Positions 8,934 to 19,459 of a stretch of 64,000 nt of DNA are shown here, piece after piece. Location of the stretch: positions 5,766 to 69,765 of the forward strand of contig PDON01000067.1 of assembly GCA_002742935.1 (NCBI GenBank), given 5' to 3'. The notes beneath the pieces are model-generated. The model ran no database searches. It was not told the DNA's origin and saw nothing but the letters and a program-made list of their open reading frames with translations. The stretch is from Candidatus Cloacimonadota bacterium (GTDB lineage: Bacteria; UBA4055). A program made the position numbers and the translations under genes. Within the stretch, counting starts at the first letter, position 1, and every line of letters begins with the position of its first letter.

Positions 8934-11900
8934 TTAAACCTTTAACCTCTTGAGTATTAGGTAGATAGCAGGTATAACAAAAAGGGTAAGCATTGTGGCA
9001 AAACTAAGTCCAAATATAACCGTAACTGCCAGAGGTTGTCTAAGCTCTGACGCTCCTCCAAAGGTAAAGAGCATAGGTATCATTCCAAAAACTGTTGTAA
9101 TGGTTGTCATAAGAATAGGTCTCAACCTCTTCATACCTGCACTCATAATAGCTTCAACAATAGGTGATCCTTCCTTTATTTGCCTATCTATAAACTCAAC
9201 CTTAACAATAGCATCATTTACAACAATACCAATTAGTACAATAACCCCAATTACAGACATAAGATTAATGCTCAGATTAAAAACAAATAATCCAATAGTT
9301 ACACCTATGAGACTAAATGGAACTGAAAGGATAATAATAAATGGGGATAGAAGTGATTCAAATTGGGAAGCTAAAATCATATAAACAAGAGCGAGTGATA
9401 GTATAAATATAAAAATGAGTTGAGAAAAACTTTCCTTCATCTCCCTGTTCTCACCGGCTATTTCAATTTTTATATTACCGTAAAGCTCAATTGAATCAAC
9501 TATATCTTGAACCTTTTTATACACAATATTAAAGTTATCAGATACAATATCTGCCGAAATAGTTATTACCCTCTTCTGGTTTTCTGTAAATATTGTTTCA
9601 GGTCCCGTTGTAAACTCCAAAATAATAAGATCTTTTAAAGGGTATATACTGCTCCCCTTTTTGTAAACAGCTGAATAGAGTTGTTCAATACTGAAATCTC
9701 TATTTATATCAACAACATTTATATCTATCTTCTCATCATTTTTACTAAGCTCAGAAACAATGTTCCCATCTAAAATAGTTGCAATAAAATTCTCAATCTC
9801 ATAAGGTGTAATATTGTATCTTACAAGATTCTCCTTTTTAAATCTTATCCTTACCTGAGGCTTATTAAAGTTAAAGTTTGAGTGTATATCCTCCAACCCT
9901 TCAACCTCTTTTAATCTCTCTATTGTAAGATTGCTTATCTCCATGAGTTCAGCTATTTTATTGCCCTTAACCTTTATCTGAAGATCCCCTCCCTCACTGT
10001 TCAAAAACTCTGAAAGAGTACTGACTTCCGTTATATACTCAACAGTTATCATCTCATTTTGAAGAGAGTTATAGTTCTCAATCCTCCTTCTCAAATCTGA
10101 GATATAGCTATCTGTTGAAACATCTTTTTTAAGCTCTATCTTAATCTCACTTTTATATATGGCCGCTCCATTTATCTTGGATTTTTCATCAGGAGTACCA
10201 CCTGAAGAAAAAACAGATTTAACATCAAGGGAGTCTGAAAGTATAATATTCTCATAATCATTTATAACTTTTTCATTTCTTTCAATTGATGTTTGAGGAG
10301 GAAAAACAACCTTTATTAGAAATTCACCACTATCAATATCGGGAAGTAACCTCTTCTCTATCTTTAGCAATCCTAATGAGGAAACTATCAAAACAAGAAA
10401 AGTAATAAGAACTGTCTCAACGGGATATTTTAATACCACTTTAAGCTTAGAGTGATACCATTGGGTAAACTTATCAAACAGGATCTCAAATCCACTCATT
10501 AGAGGCTTTACAAAAAAATTAACACACCAAATAAAAACACCAATCCAAAACTTAATAAGAGATGAGAAAAATTGAATAATATATTTAAGGATATTCTTTA
10601 TACCACCTCTTATTGTTTCCATCTTAAGCAGTTCTCTACTACACTCTTTGTCTATCTTTCTAAGAAAATTAAAATTTACCAAGCCAAAAATATAAACTAT
10701 GAAGTAAAGAAAACCTACGGAATAGACTACTACCATAAACATATTGGTACCATAGTTCTCCTCTAGGGGTCTGTAAAAATCTTGTATCATATAGGAAAAC
10801 TCATTTAGAGGGTCTAAGATTACAGACATAAAGTCAGTATTTTCAAGCAGGTATGCAACTCTATACAGTGGCTCAAAAAGATCAATCCTACTCATATACA
10901 CTACAGGCATTAGAAATACAAATGAGATTAAAATGGTTATCTTATTTACTAAAAAGAATCTGAGTAATGAATATTTTTTCTCTTTCCTATTGTACAAATA
11001 AAACTCTATGAATTTAAATATAGGATCAAAAAATATTGCAAATGAAGCGGAGTAGATAATAAGTTCAATATCCTCACCTACATCAAGCCACATAAAAAGT
11101 AGGGAAAAGAGGGTTATACTAAATGTCCAATATGTTCCCACCTTTAGAAAAGTTCCCTGCTCAAATTCAATACTGCTATCCCTCTTTTCAATAAGATCTA
11201 TTTTAAGTTTGTAGAGAACGGGAAGAAGGGTTAAAGAGACAACAAGTGATGATATGAGAGAGTAGGTTACAGCTATACTCTGATCTTTAAAAATCTCACC
11301 GGCAACACCACTTATAAACACAATGGGCATAAACACAACAATAGTTGTTATTGTAGATGCCATAACAGGCATACTAACCTCTCTGGCTCCTACTATGGCA
11401 GATTCACTCTTACTCTTACCCATCTCTCTATGTCTTGATATATTTTCTAAAATGACAATGGAGTTATCTACAAGCATACCGACACCAAGAGCAAGACCCG
11501 AAAGAGAGATTAGATTTATGGATATACCTGAAAAATATAAGAGTGCAAAGGTTGAGATTATACTTACAGGTATTGAAAGAGCTATGTTTACAGGTGTTCT
11601 GAAATCTTTGAGAAAGAAAAATAGGGTTATAAAGGCAAGCACTCCTCCATATATAACCGCTTGCTCCACACTATCAATACTTTCATTGATAAAATCGGCT
11701 TGATCAAAAGCAATATTTATTGAAAGCTCCTTATATCTTTCTCTAAGCTCCTCAATTATCTTTAAAACCTCTTTACTGACTTCAACAGCATTGGCATCTC
11801 CACTCTTTTTAACAAGAATACCTACACTTTCAAAACCATTGTATCTCGTAAATGATCTTCTTTTCTTGTTTTCCAGAGTAACAGTAGCAATATCCGAAAC

Positions 11901-12647
11901 AAAAAGAATAGTTCCGTTAGGAAGATATTTTACAGGGGTTTTTTCAATATCTTCCAAAGAGGAGTATGAAGATGAAATTCTAAGGTCATATATATAAACA
12001 TCATCTTTTACAGAACCTCCACTCTGGATAATATTATTTTGATCTATGGCTGCTTTAATATCTCTAAAGGAGAGATTATTGGCGTTAAGTTTACTTCTAT
12101 CAACATTTACCCTTATCTCCTTCTCGTTTCCACCAACAATATCGGCTAAACTGACACCGTCAAGCTGTTCCAATCTCTTCTTTATAACATTTTTTGTAAC
12201 ATTCCTTACAGAGTAGAGATCTTTTCCACTAACCGAGATACCAATTATAGGCTTCTCTGTAGGATCACTCTTTACAATATTTGATCTTTCCGCTTTCTCC
12301 GGAAGATAAACTCTATCAAGCTTTTCTCTTAAATTAACAGTGGCATAATCCATATCGGTACCCCAATTAAAATCAGCTTTTATTAAACTGATTCCTGTAC
12401 CGGATATTGTAGACGTGCTTTTTAAACCTTGTATAGAACCAATTTGAGCTTCTAGTTTTGAGGTTATCTCCTTCTCAACCTCTTCAGGACCATACCCCGG
12501 ATACTCTGTCCATATTGTTACAGAAGGGTAGTTTACATCAGGAAGTAGATTTACCGGAAGTTTACTAAGTGATATAATACCAAAAGTTACAACTGCAATA
12601 AAAAACATTATTATTGTTACCGGTCTTTGTAAAATCTGTTTAAACAT
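8934..12647 (-). CDS. RND efflux permease subunit (AcrB family) with a long hydrophobic insertion
   Basis: 1237 aa. RPVT, GMLVDNSIVILENI, GIVVNDAIV, RLRPILMTT. Extra membrane-like segment between TM6 and TM7. Confidence 0.95.
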   Translation of the reverse strand: MFKQILQRPVTIIMFFIAVVTFGIISLSKLPVNLLPDVNYPSVTIWTEYPGYGPEEVEKEITSKLEAQIGSIQGLKSTSTISGTGISLIKADFNWGTDMDYATVNLREKLDRVYLPEKAERSNIVKSDPTEKPIIGISVSGKDLYSVRNVTKNVIKKRLEQLDGVSLADIVGGNEKEIRVNVDRSKLNANNLSFRDIKAAIDQNNIIQSGGSVKDDVYIYDLRISSSYSSLEDIEKTPVKYLPNGTILFVSDIATVTLENKKRRSFTRYNGFESVGILVKKSGDANAVEVSKEVLKIIEELRERYKELSINIAFDQADFINESIDSVEQAVIYGGVLAFITLFFFLKDFRTPVNIALSIPVSIISTFALLYFSGISINLISLSGLALGVGMLVDNSIVILENISRHREMGKSKSESAIVGAREVSMPVMASTITTIVVFMPIVFISGVAGEIFKDQSIAVTYSLISSLVVSLTLLPVLYKLKIDLIEKRDSSIEFEQGTFLKVGTYWTFSITLFSLLFMWLDVGEDIELIIYSASFAIFFDPIFKFIEFYLYNRKEKKYSLLRFFLVNKITILISFVFLMPVVYMSRIDLFEPLYRVAYLLENTDFMSVILDPLNEFSYMIQDFYRPLEENYGTNMFMVVVYSVGFLYFIVYIFGLVNFNFLRKIDKECSRELLKMETIRGGIKNILKYIIQFFSSLIKFWIGVFIWCVNFFVKPLMSGFEILFDKFTQWYHSKLKVVLKYPVETVLITFLVLIVSSLGLLKIEKRLLPDIDSGEFLIKVVFPPQTSIERNEKVINDYENIILSDSLDVKSVFSSGGTPDEKSKINGAAIYKSEIKIELKKDVSTDSYISDLRRRIENYNSLQNEMITVEYITEVSTLSEFLNSEGGDLQIKVKGNKIAELMEISNLTIERLKEVEGLEDIHSNFNFNKPQVRIRFKKENLVRYNITPYEIENFIATILDGNIVSELSKNDEKIDINVVDINRDFSIEQLYSAVYKKGSSIYPLKDLIILEFTTGPETIFTENQKRVITISADIVSDNFNIVYKKVQDIVDSIELYGNIKIEIAGENREMKESFSQLIFIFILSLALVYMILASQFESLLSPFIIILSVPFSLIGVTIGLFVFNLSINLMSVIGVIVLIGIVVNDAIVKVEFIDRQIKEGSPIVEAIMSAGMKRLRPILMTTITTVFGMIPMLFTFGGASELRQPLAVTVIFGLSFATMLTLFVIPAIYLILKRLKV

Positions 12648-12659
12648 ATTTATAAAACC

Positions 12660-13796
12660 CTAGTTGTTAACAATTTTTAATTTTGCATTGTGAGCCAAGG
12701 TGTAGTGGTTTGAAGTAACAACCTCATCACCCTCTTTAATCTTATCTAAAATTTCAATCTTTTCGCCATTCTCTTTACCTGTAGCTACATAAACCCATTT
12801 GGCAAGACCATCTTCAACCTTAAATAGAAGAGTTCTATTATCTCGAACAATAATAGCTTCTCTGGGAACCAATAACCTATCTCTGTAGATTGTTCCCTCA
12901 ATGGATACAGTGGCACTCATACCCGGCTTAATCATAAGTTCATTATTTTCCATAGATACAACAACTTTACAGGTTGAGCTGTTTTTATCAAGAACAGGAT
13001 TTATATGTTTTACTTTCCCCTTAAATACCTTTTCAGGAAAAGCGTTAAAGGTAAGTTTAGCTGCTCTTCCAATCTCCAAATTTGCAATCTCAGTTTCCAA
13101 AACAGGAACTTCAACCTCTATCTCTGAAAGATCAATAAGATCAAAACAGTGAGTTCCCCTATTTATATACTGCTCTTCTACAAGATCGAGATTACCAATG
13201 TAACCGTTAAAAGGAGCCGTTATATCACAATTTTCCTTATCTATCTTGGACTTTTTAAAATTCATAAGTTTGGAATAGAGCCCTGTTTTATGTTTAATCA
13301 AAAGATCTTTATCTGAGGAGTTTAGAAGATCTTCTACATTGATATCTGCTATTTTATCTAGGTTATTACTATTATTATTATCAATATTTGATGAATACTT
13401 TTTTTCAATACCATACTCAATCTTTGCCTTTGTAAGATCAAGCTGAGCATTTTCATAAGAGAGATCTATATTTTCATTAAATATGGAGACTAGATTAGAG
13501 TTCTTTTTTACAAAACTTCCATTTTGAACTTTTAGATTTTTTACAGTTCCGGAAACTTTACTGCTTATCTCAATAGATCTTATAGCTCTCGCGGTACCGG
13601 TACAGTTTACACTTATGGGGATATCCCCAATAACAGCTTTTGTTGTGGTTACTTTAACAAGAGATTTCTTCTCCTTAACATTATGTTTAGGCTTATCTGA
13701 TTTACCTGATTTTTCGGAAGCTATTCTCTTTGAAACTCCAAAACCTATTGCAGCAATTATAATTAAAGTTACAACTATATAGATAATTTTCTTCAC
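12660..13796 (-). CDS. RND efflux periplasmic adaptor (membrane fusion protein)
   Basis: N-terminal TM anchor, ISSKVSGTV lipoyl half, ITAPFNGYI, IKPGMSA, LLVPREAI. GTG start at 13796 after GGAG. Confidence 0.93.
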   Translation of the reverse strand: MKKIIYIVVTLIIIAAIGFGVSKRIASEKSGKSDKPKHNVKEKKSLVKVTTTKAVIGDIPISVNCTGTARAIRSIEISSKVSGTVKNLKVQNGSFVKKNSNLVSIFNENIDLSYENAQLDLTKAKIEYGIEKKYSSNIDNNNSNNLDKIADINVEDLLNSSDKDLLIKHKTGLYSKLMNFKKSKIDKENCDITAPFNGYIGNLDLVEEQYINRGTHCFDLIDLSEIEVEVPVLETEIANLEIGRAAKLTFNAFPEKVFKGKVKHINPVLDKNSSTCKVVVSMENNELMIKPGMSATVSIEGTIYRDRLLVPREAIIVRDNRTLLFKVEDGLAKWVYVATGKENGEKIEILDKIKEGDEVVTSNHYTLAHNAKLKIVNN

Positions 13797-14110
13797 AACA
13801 ACTCCATAATTTATTATTAACAACAGAAAATCTAACTCTGCTTTCTTAAAAATAACAGCTTAAATTATCTCTTCCAATCCCAAAACAATCTGTTTTAAAA
13901 ATTAAACTATCAACTATTTGACTCAAACAAATATAATTTAGTTGTCATAATGATACCATAAAAAAATAAAATTTTATAGATAACTAAAGTTCCAAGTATA
14001 CTCTTCTCAAAATCATTAACAAAAAAGGTGTGCAAAACATTTTTTTACTCTAAATTTAGGGTGGAATTAAAATATAAAAAACTTACTGAAAGAAGGGTAT
14101 ATATTTTTAA

Positions 14111-14977
14111 ATGAACAGAACTATTGAAGCAATAAGAATTATAGCCGTTATCTTAATCTCATTTACACATACAAGACACAATTTTGAAGAAGGGGTTATC
14201 TCTACACTTCTAAACGATATCCCAAAGTTTGGAACTCTCATTCTCTCTATTGTTTCGGGATATCTTTTTATTAAAATATCCTATGCAAAAAAAGATATAA
14301 TGGGTAAAAAGATAAAAAGCTTATTAATCCCATTCCTTACAGCAAACCTTTTTGTTATAGCTCCGGTTTTACTTCTTCATCTACTGGGTTTTGATTATTT
14401 AAATAGATTAAGTTATGATTATACAATCTTAACACAAGGTCTCTTCTCTCTAAGCTCTCCTCCTATAAATCCGCCAACCTACTTTGTAAGAGATCTATTT
14501 ATTATTTTCCTCTTAATTGATCTTTTTGCAAATAATAATTTTAAAACATTAACTATCTTACTGCCTGTTGTCATATTTGGTAAACTATTACTAAGATATG
14601 ATATTCTGTTTCTCTTTTTATCAGGTGTAATATTTGGAAAGCATGAAGAAAAGTTTACTTTCGTAAAGACCCTGCTTACAGTTACTTTACTATCCATTGT
14701 ATCATTTAATTATTTTAGATACTATCTCATGTTTTTTTTGTTTACTCAAGTAGTTAAAATAGAGATAAACTTCCCTAAAACAGGAAGGTATTCATATCTA
14801 TTACACCTTTACCACTCGCCTATAATAGTGTTCACATACCCTATAATTACTATTTTTGTAAAGAATCCTTATATGAATCTGGTTTTACAATTAGGATTAA
14901 CATTTTTCATAATATATCTACTCAACAAAGTTATAAGCAGGTTTGAAAAATTAAAATTTATAACGGGTGGAAGATAA
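14111..14977 (+). CDS. acyltransferase family 3 (OafA-like) membrane protein
   Basis: IEAIRIIAVILISFTH, SIVSGYLF, KKIKSLLIPF, GRYSYLLHLYH. Polytopic. Confidence 0.8.
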   Translation: MNRTIEAIRIIAVILISFTHTRHNFEEGVISTLLNDIPKFGTLILSIVSGYLFIKISYAKKDIMGKKIKSLLIPFLTANLFVIAPVLLLHLLGFDYLNRLSYDYTILTQGLFSLSSPPINPPTYFVRDLFIIFLLIDLFANNNFKTLTILLPVVIFGKLLLRYDILFLFLSGVIFGKHEEKFTFVKTLLTVTLLSIVSFNYFRYYLMFFLFTQVVKIEINFPKTGRYSYLLHLYHSPIIVFTYPIITIFVKNPYMNLVLQLGLTFFIIYLLNKVISRFEKLKFITGGR

Positions 14978-15181
14978 AAATTGTTACAAAACAAAGAATA
15001 AAAAAGAGATATTGCGAAAATCCAAATTTATTATTATAAATTAGATGTGTCAGTATTTTTTATTACCTAATTTCTTCATTATATTATAGTTAGGTAGGGC
15101 ATTGTTTTATAAATTGAAATATTTGTTACGCTTTATAAAAATATTTAGAAATTATACAAATTAAATTTTGAGGTAAAAGCT

Positions 15182-16054
15182 ATGAAAGATAGTATTGAAA
15201 ATATAAAACTTTTTACTCTTATTTCACAAATAAATGAGTTACCGGTTTTCCCGGAGGTTGCTTTAAAAATAGTAAAAATGATTGATGAAGAATCGACAAC
15301 TTCAAAAGAGCTTTCCAAGACTATATTGATGGATACATCTTTAACATTAAGAATAATAAATATTGCAAATTCAGCTTTTTACTCACCAAAATCACCTATA
15401 AAAAATCTTGCACATGCAGTTCAATATCTTGGTTTTAATACAATAAAGAGTATAGCTTATACAAGCTCAATAAATGCTCTTAAAACACAAGATGAAAACA
15501 ATCTGTTGGTGTCTAAGTTTCAAGAAAAGGCTATAGTTTCAGCTTATGTTGCAAAATTATTAATACAAAAAATTAACCATTTCAGAAAAACTGAATACAG
15601 TCTGGAAAATTTCTATATTTACGGGCTATTCCATGATATTGGCGAGATAGTACTTTCTATTTTCTATCCTGAATATTTTCAAAGCATAATAGATAAAATA
15701 GGTCATGGAGAAGATATAGTTACATTAGAGAAAAAGTTTAGACACACACAAGTTGGTTTAATGCTAATGAGAAGATGGAATCTTCCGGAAGAGTATGCAA
15801 AGATATGCTCCAAACATCATATTTTTGAGGATGATCAAATTGATGAAGATCTTAAATTTATAAATAATATTCTACTGATTTCAGATGCGGTAGCATATGA
15901 ACTTGGATACAACCCAACTTTTAACGATAATTACGATGTAGAGTTCACTGTATCTCAAGTAGGATTAAGGGAGTATGATGTATTCTCTGAAGAGGATGGT
16001 ATCCTCGGAGAAGTTAAAGATATGATAGAAACTCAATTAACTTTCCTACTTTAA
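15182..16054 (+). CDS. HDOD domain protein
   Basis: LPVFPEVA, IINIANSAFY, AVQYLG, GLFHDIGE, HTQVG..L..WNLP. Confidence 0.92.
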   Translation: MKDSIENIKLFTLISQINELPVFPEVALKIVKMIDEESTTSKELSKTILMDTSLTLRIINIANSAFYSPKSPIKNLAHAVQYLGFNTIKSIAYTSSINALKTQDENNLLVSKFQEKAIVSAYVAKLLIQKINHFRKTEYSLENFYIYGLFHDIGEIVLSIFYPEYFQSIIDKIGHGEDIVTLEKKFRHTQVGLMLMRRWNLPEEYAKICSKHHIFEDDQIDEDLKFINNILLISDAVAYELGYNPTFNDNYDVEFTVSQVGLREYDVFSEEDGILGEVKDMIETQLTFLL

Positions 16055-16076
16055 TCTCTTTTTATATATTACATTG

Positions 16077-16110
16077 GTAACTATCTCTCATATGAGAGGT
16101 AGTTACTTTA
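16077..16110 (+). terminator. hairpin terminator after the HDOD gene
   Basis: GTAACTATCTCTCA-TA-TGAGAGGTAGTTAC inverted repeat followed by T-rich sequence. Confidence 0.6.
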
Positions 16111-16139
16111 TTATTTGATAAAAATGTGATAAGAGTTGT

Positions 16140-17927
16140 ATGGATAAGTTAAGAGAAAAAAATTTAGAGTTACTTAAAAAATGCTCTCCCAAAATATTTG
16201 ATAAGATAAAAGATTTTGATACAAAAGATCCTGTTATTGAAATATTTAACAATAATCTTTTTTGTAAGAGGGGAGGAGTTCTTCTCCACTCAAAATATAA
16301 TCCTGTTAAAGAATCTTCAAATCAAGTGGAAGCTTTTCTTTTAAAAAATAATGAATCTAAAGAGATAATAGTTTACGGAGCAGCTCTTTTTTACCATATA
16401 TTTCAATTTATAGAAAGAGATATAACTACCCACATTATTATATCCGATTTAGAGCTTTTTAATGAGAGTTTATCACATATAGACCTAAAAACAATAGTAG
16501 AAAAATCTAAGCTGTACCTACATAATGAAGATTTTACAGAACTAAAAGGTTTACCAATATTTGAGCATAAGGTTTCTATCAAAGTAGATAATGAGAAATA
16601 TGAACAGTTTAAGCTTAGATTAACTTTAAGGAAGGATAGTTTAAAGAAATATAAAATTCTTTTGGTAGGGCCTGTTTACGGAGGATCATTGCCAATTTTT
16701 TACTATTGTAAGTCTGCTCTGGAAAAACTTGGGCATAATCTTATTACCCTTGACAACTCCATTCATAAAAAGAGCTATGATTCTATAAGTAAAACAAGCG
16801 AAAATCCCTACTATCAAAAAAAGGTTATGCCGGAATTTGTAAATATACTGGCAGAACAGGTTTTAATAACAGCTTTGGAGGAGAGGGTTGATATAGTTTT
16901 GGGTATTGCTCAATCTCCTATGACTGTAAATATTTTAGAACGATTAAAAAATAGCAATATTGTTACAGCTTTCTGGTTTGTTGAAGATTTTAGAACTTTG
17001 GAGTATTGGAAAGGTATTGCACATAAATTTGATAACTTTTTTACTATCCAAAAAGAGCCATTCTTTTCAGAACTTAAATCATTGGGAGCAAAAAATGTAC
17101 ACTATCTGCCAATGGCTGCCGATCCTGAGATTCATAAAACTATTGAAGTTGATAAAGAGGAGATAAAGAGATATGGTTCAACACTCTCATTTATTGGTGC
17201 AGGATATTACAATAGAAGAAGGTTTTTTACCACACTTATGGATCAAGATTTTAAAATATGGGGTGATGGTTGGGGTAATGGCTCTGTTTTAAAGCCACAT
17301 TTTCAAGAAAACCAGAGAAGAGTTAGTAGCGAGGAGTGTGTAAAGATATTTAATAGTAGTAAGATAAATCTAAACCTACACTCCAGCAGCTATACGGAAG
17401 GTGTAAACCCTACGGGAGATTTTGTAAATCCAAGAACCTTTGAGATTGCCGCTACCGGAAGAGTTCAGTTTGTTGATGAAAGATCACTTTTAGGGGAACT
17501 TTTTGATAAAGATGAGATAATAACCTTTAAAGATGAGGAGAGTTTAAAAGCTCTTATTGATCAGTTTAAAAATAATGAAGAGAAGTTTCATCTCATTAGC
17601 AAAAAATCAAAAAAAAGGGTTTTAAAAGATCATACATATATCAACAGAATGAGAGAGATGATCTCTATTATTGAGGCAACTTCAGAAACTCTTCAATCTA
17701 AAAATAGTGTTGTTGGGAATAGAGAAGCTTTAATTACTGGAGCTTTAGAGAAGGGTGAAAATGAGTTAGCCGATTTCTACAGATCTGTTAAGGGTGAAAA
17801 TGTAGAGGTAGCAGATATTGAAAACTATCTAAGTGGAAAAAAAGTATCCGATTACTCTGAAACAGATAAGATTCTAAAAATAATGACAGATTTTTATCAA
17901 TTTGCAAAAAGAAAAAATATAGTTTAA
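16140..17927 (+). CDS. CgeB/Glyco_trans_1_2-type glycosyltransferase with MAF-like N-terminal region
   Basis: LLHSKYNP N-terminal motif, then AFWFVED, YLPMAADP, SFIGAGYYNR, SKINLNLH, NPRTFEIAA, HTYINR. Confidence 0.8.
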   Translation: MDKLREKNLELLKKCSPKIFDKIKDFDTKDPVIEIFNNNLFCKRGGVLLHSKYNPVKESSNQVEAFLLKNNESKEIIVYGAALFYHIFQFIERDITTHIIISDLELFNESLSHIDLKTIVEKSKLYLHNEDFTELKGLPIFEHKVSIKVDNEKYEQFKLRLTLRKDSLKKYKILLVGPVYGGSLPIFYYCKSALEKLGHNLITLDNSIHKKSYDSISKTSENPYYQKKVMPEFVNILAEQVLITALEERVDIVLGIAQSPMTVNILERLKNSNIVTAFWFVEDFRTLEYWKGIAHKFDNFFTIQKEPFFSELKSLGAKNVHYLPMAADPEIHKTIEVDKEEIKRYGSTLSFIGAGYYNRRRFFTTLMDQDFKIWGDGWGNGSVLKPHFQENQRRVSSEECVKIFNSSKINLNLHSSSYTEGVNPTGDFVNPRTFEIAATGRVQFVDERSLLGELFDKDEIITFKDEESLKALIDQFKNNEEKFHLISKKSKKRVLKDHTYINRMREMISIIEATSETLQSKNSVVGNREALITGALEKGENELADFYRSVKGENVEVADIENYLSGKKVSDYSETDKILKIMTDFYQFAKRKNIV

Positions 17928-17956
17928 TATATTTCATTGAATATATTGGAGATAAA

Positions 17957-18676
17957 TTGAAACAGCTGATTAGTTTTTTAGAAAAAGACAGAAAAAAGAA
18001 TGTATCTGTTCTCAATCATATAGATAGCGGGAAAGAGATTGAGTATAGGATTGAAAACAATTTTGCCGTTATAAGAGTTGTAAAGGGAACGAATGGAAAA
18101 GACACTTCAATATATTTTGCCGGAGAGGGAGAAATTTCAGAAAAGTTTATAAAATCCTTTATAAAAAAAGGTGACAGAATGTTCTGCTCTGTTGATTATA
18201 AGTTTTATGAACAGATGAGAAACCTTCCTATGACAACTTGGGAAGAGATCTGCTATAAGTTTATCTATGAAAAAAATAGGATTGACAGGGTTTTAAACAA
18301 CAATATAGAAAATATTAGAGAGAAGGATATTTCTATTGTAGATAGAACCTGGAGCTATACAGGAAGCTGGTCATACAAATACTTAAAATCCTGCATTGAT
18401 AGCGATGTAAATAGTGCAATATATATAGATAATGAGATTGCAGGTTGGTCACTCTCTCACAGTGATGGATCTATTGGAACTCTATTTGTTTTGGATAAGT
18501 TTAGGGGTAGAGGTATTGCCCAAGATGTTATTACCAGTATGACAAGAAAAAAACTTGAAAGTTCAAAACTTCCATACCTTTTTACTGCCGAAAACAATAA
18601 AAAATCACAAAATCTTGTATCAAAAGTTGGATATACAAAGTATAAAAAAGTGTTCTGGATGGGAATAAAGATATAA
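17957..18676 (+). CDS. GNAT family N-acetyltransferase (FR47-like C-terminus)
   Basis: IGTLFVLDKFRGRGIA acetyl-CoA motif, N..SQNL..KVGY. Confidence 0.85.
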   Translation: MKQLISFLEKDRKKNVSVLNHIDSGKEIEYRIENNFAVIRVVKGTNGKDTSIYFAGEGEISEKFIKSFIKKGDRMFCSVDYKFYEQMRNLPMTTWEEICYKFIYEKNRIDRVLNNNIENIREKDISIVDRTWSYTGSWSYKYLKSCIDSDVNSAIYIDNEIAGWSLSHSDGSIGTLFVLDKFRGRGIAQDVITSMTRKKLESSKLPYLFTAENNKKSQNLVSKVGYTKYKKVFWMGIKI

Positions 18677-18699
18677 TTGTTAATTACCAAGAGGTATTT

Positions 18700-19458
18700 A
18701 TGAAAAAGATTGCAATAGTAACGGGAGCATCCTCCGGATTTGGTAGAGATTATGCTAACGAAATAGATAAAAATTTTAATTTAGATGAGATATGGCTTGT
18801 TGCCAGAAGAGAGGAAAGATTAGAAGAGGTTGCCCAAAATTTAACCAATAGTAAGGGTGTAGTTGTAAAGGCTGATCTTAGGAGATCTGATGAAATTGAA
18901 AAAATTTTTGATTTAATAGATGAGGATACTATCATAGATCTTCTCGTAAACAACGCAGGTTTTGGTAAAGTTGGGAGCTTTGATAAGATTGACCTTGAAT
19001 CTCAACTTGATATGATAGATCTTAATGTCAAAGCTGTGGTTAATCTTACCCATAGAGCTATAAAATATATGAAAAAGGGAAGTAAGATAATAAATATATC
19101 ATCGGCAGCTTCATTTGCACCTCTTCCCTACTTCAACATATATGGAGCAACAAAGGTTTTTGTTTTAAACTTTTCAAATGCACTCAAAGTTGAGCTTGAA
19201 AAGAGAGAAATTGATGTAATTGCAGTTTGTCCGGGTCCCGCAGATACAGAATTTTTTGAGATTCAAGGCGGTGTAAAAACTGAAGGTATGAAGGTTTCAA
19301 AATCTATTGATGTTGTAAAAAAATCCCTAAGAGATCTTAAATTTAAAAAGTTTATATCTGTATACGGAACAGATGTAAATATTTTAAGAGTACTGTCTGC
19401 AATGCTTCCAAGAGATATTTTAACAAAACTGGCAGCTCTTTTTAAAACAAAAAAATAG
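18700..19458 (+). CDS. short-chain dehydrogenase/reductase
   Basis: TGASSGFG, LVNNAGFG, catalytic YGATK. Confidence 0.93.
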   Translation: MKKIAIVTGASSGFGRDYANEIDKNFNLDEIWLVARREERLEEVAQNLTNSKGVVVKADLRRSDEIEKIFDLIDEDTIIDLLVNNAGFGKVGSFDKIDLESQLDMIDLNVKAVVNLTHRAIKYMKKGSKIINISSAASFAPLPYFNIYGATKVFVLNFSNALKVELEKREIDVIAVCPGPADTEFFEIQGGVKTEGMKVSKSIDVVKKSLRDLKFKKFISVYGTDVNILRVLSAMLPRDILTKLAALFKTKK

Positions 19459-19459
19459 T

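Noticed and set aside
5938-13152. Many short + strand ORFs inside the RND operon, and similar antisense or alternate-frame ORFs elsewhere (for example 4459, 26578, 42694, 56057, 62246)
   Set aside because: They overlap well-supported genes, lack motifs and RBSs, and are the expected shadow ORFs.
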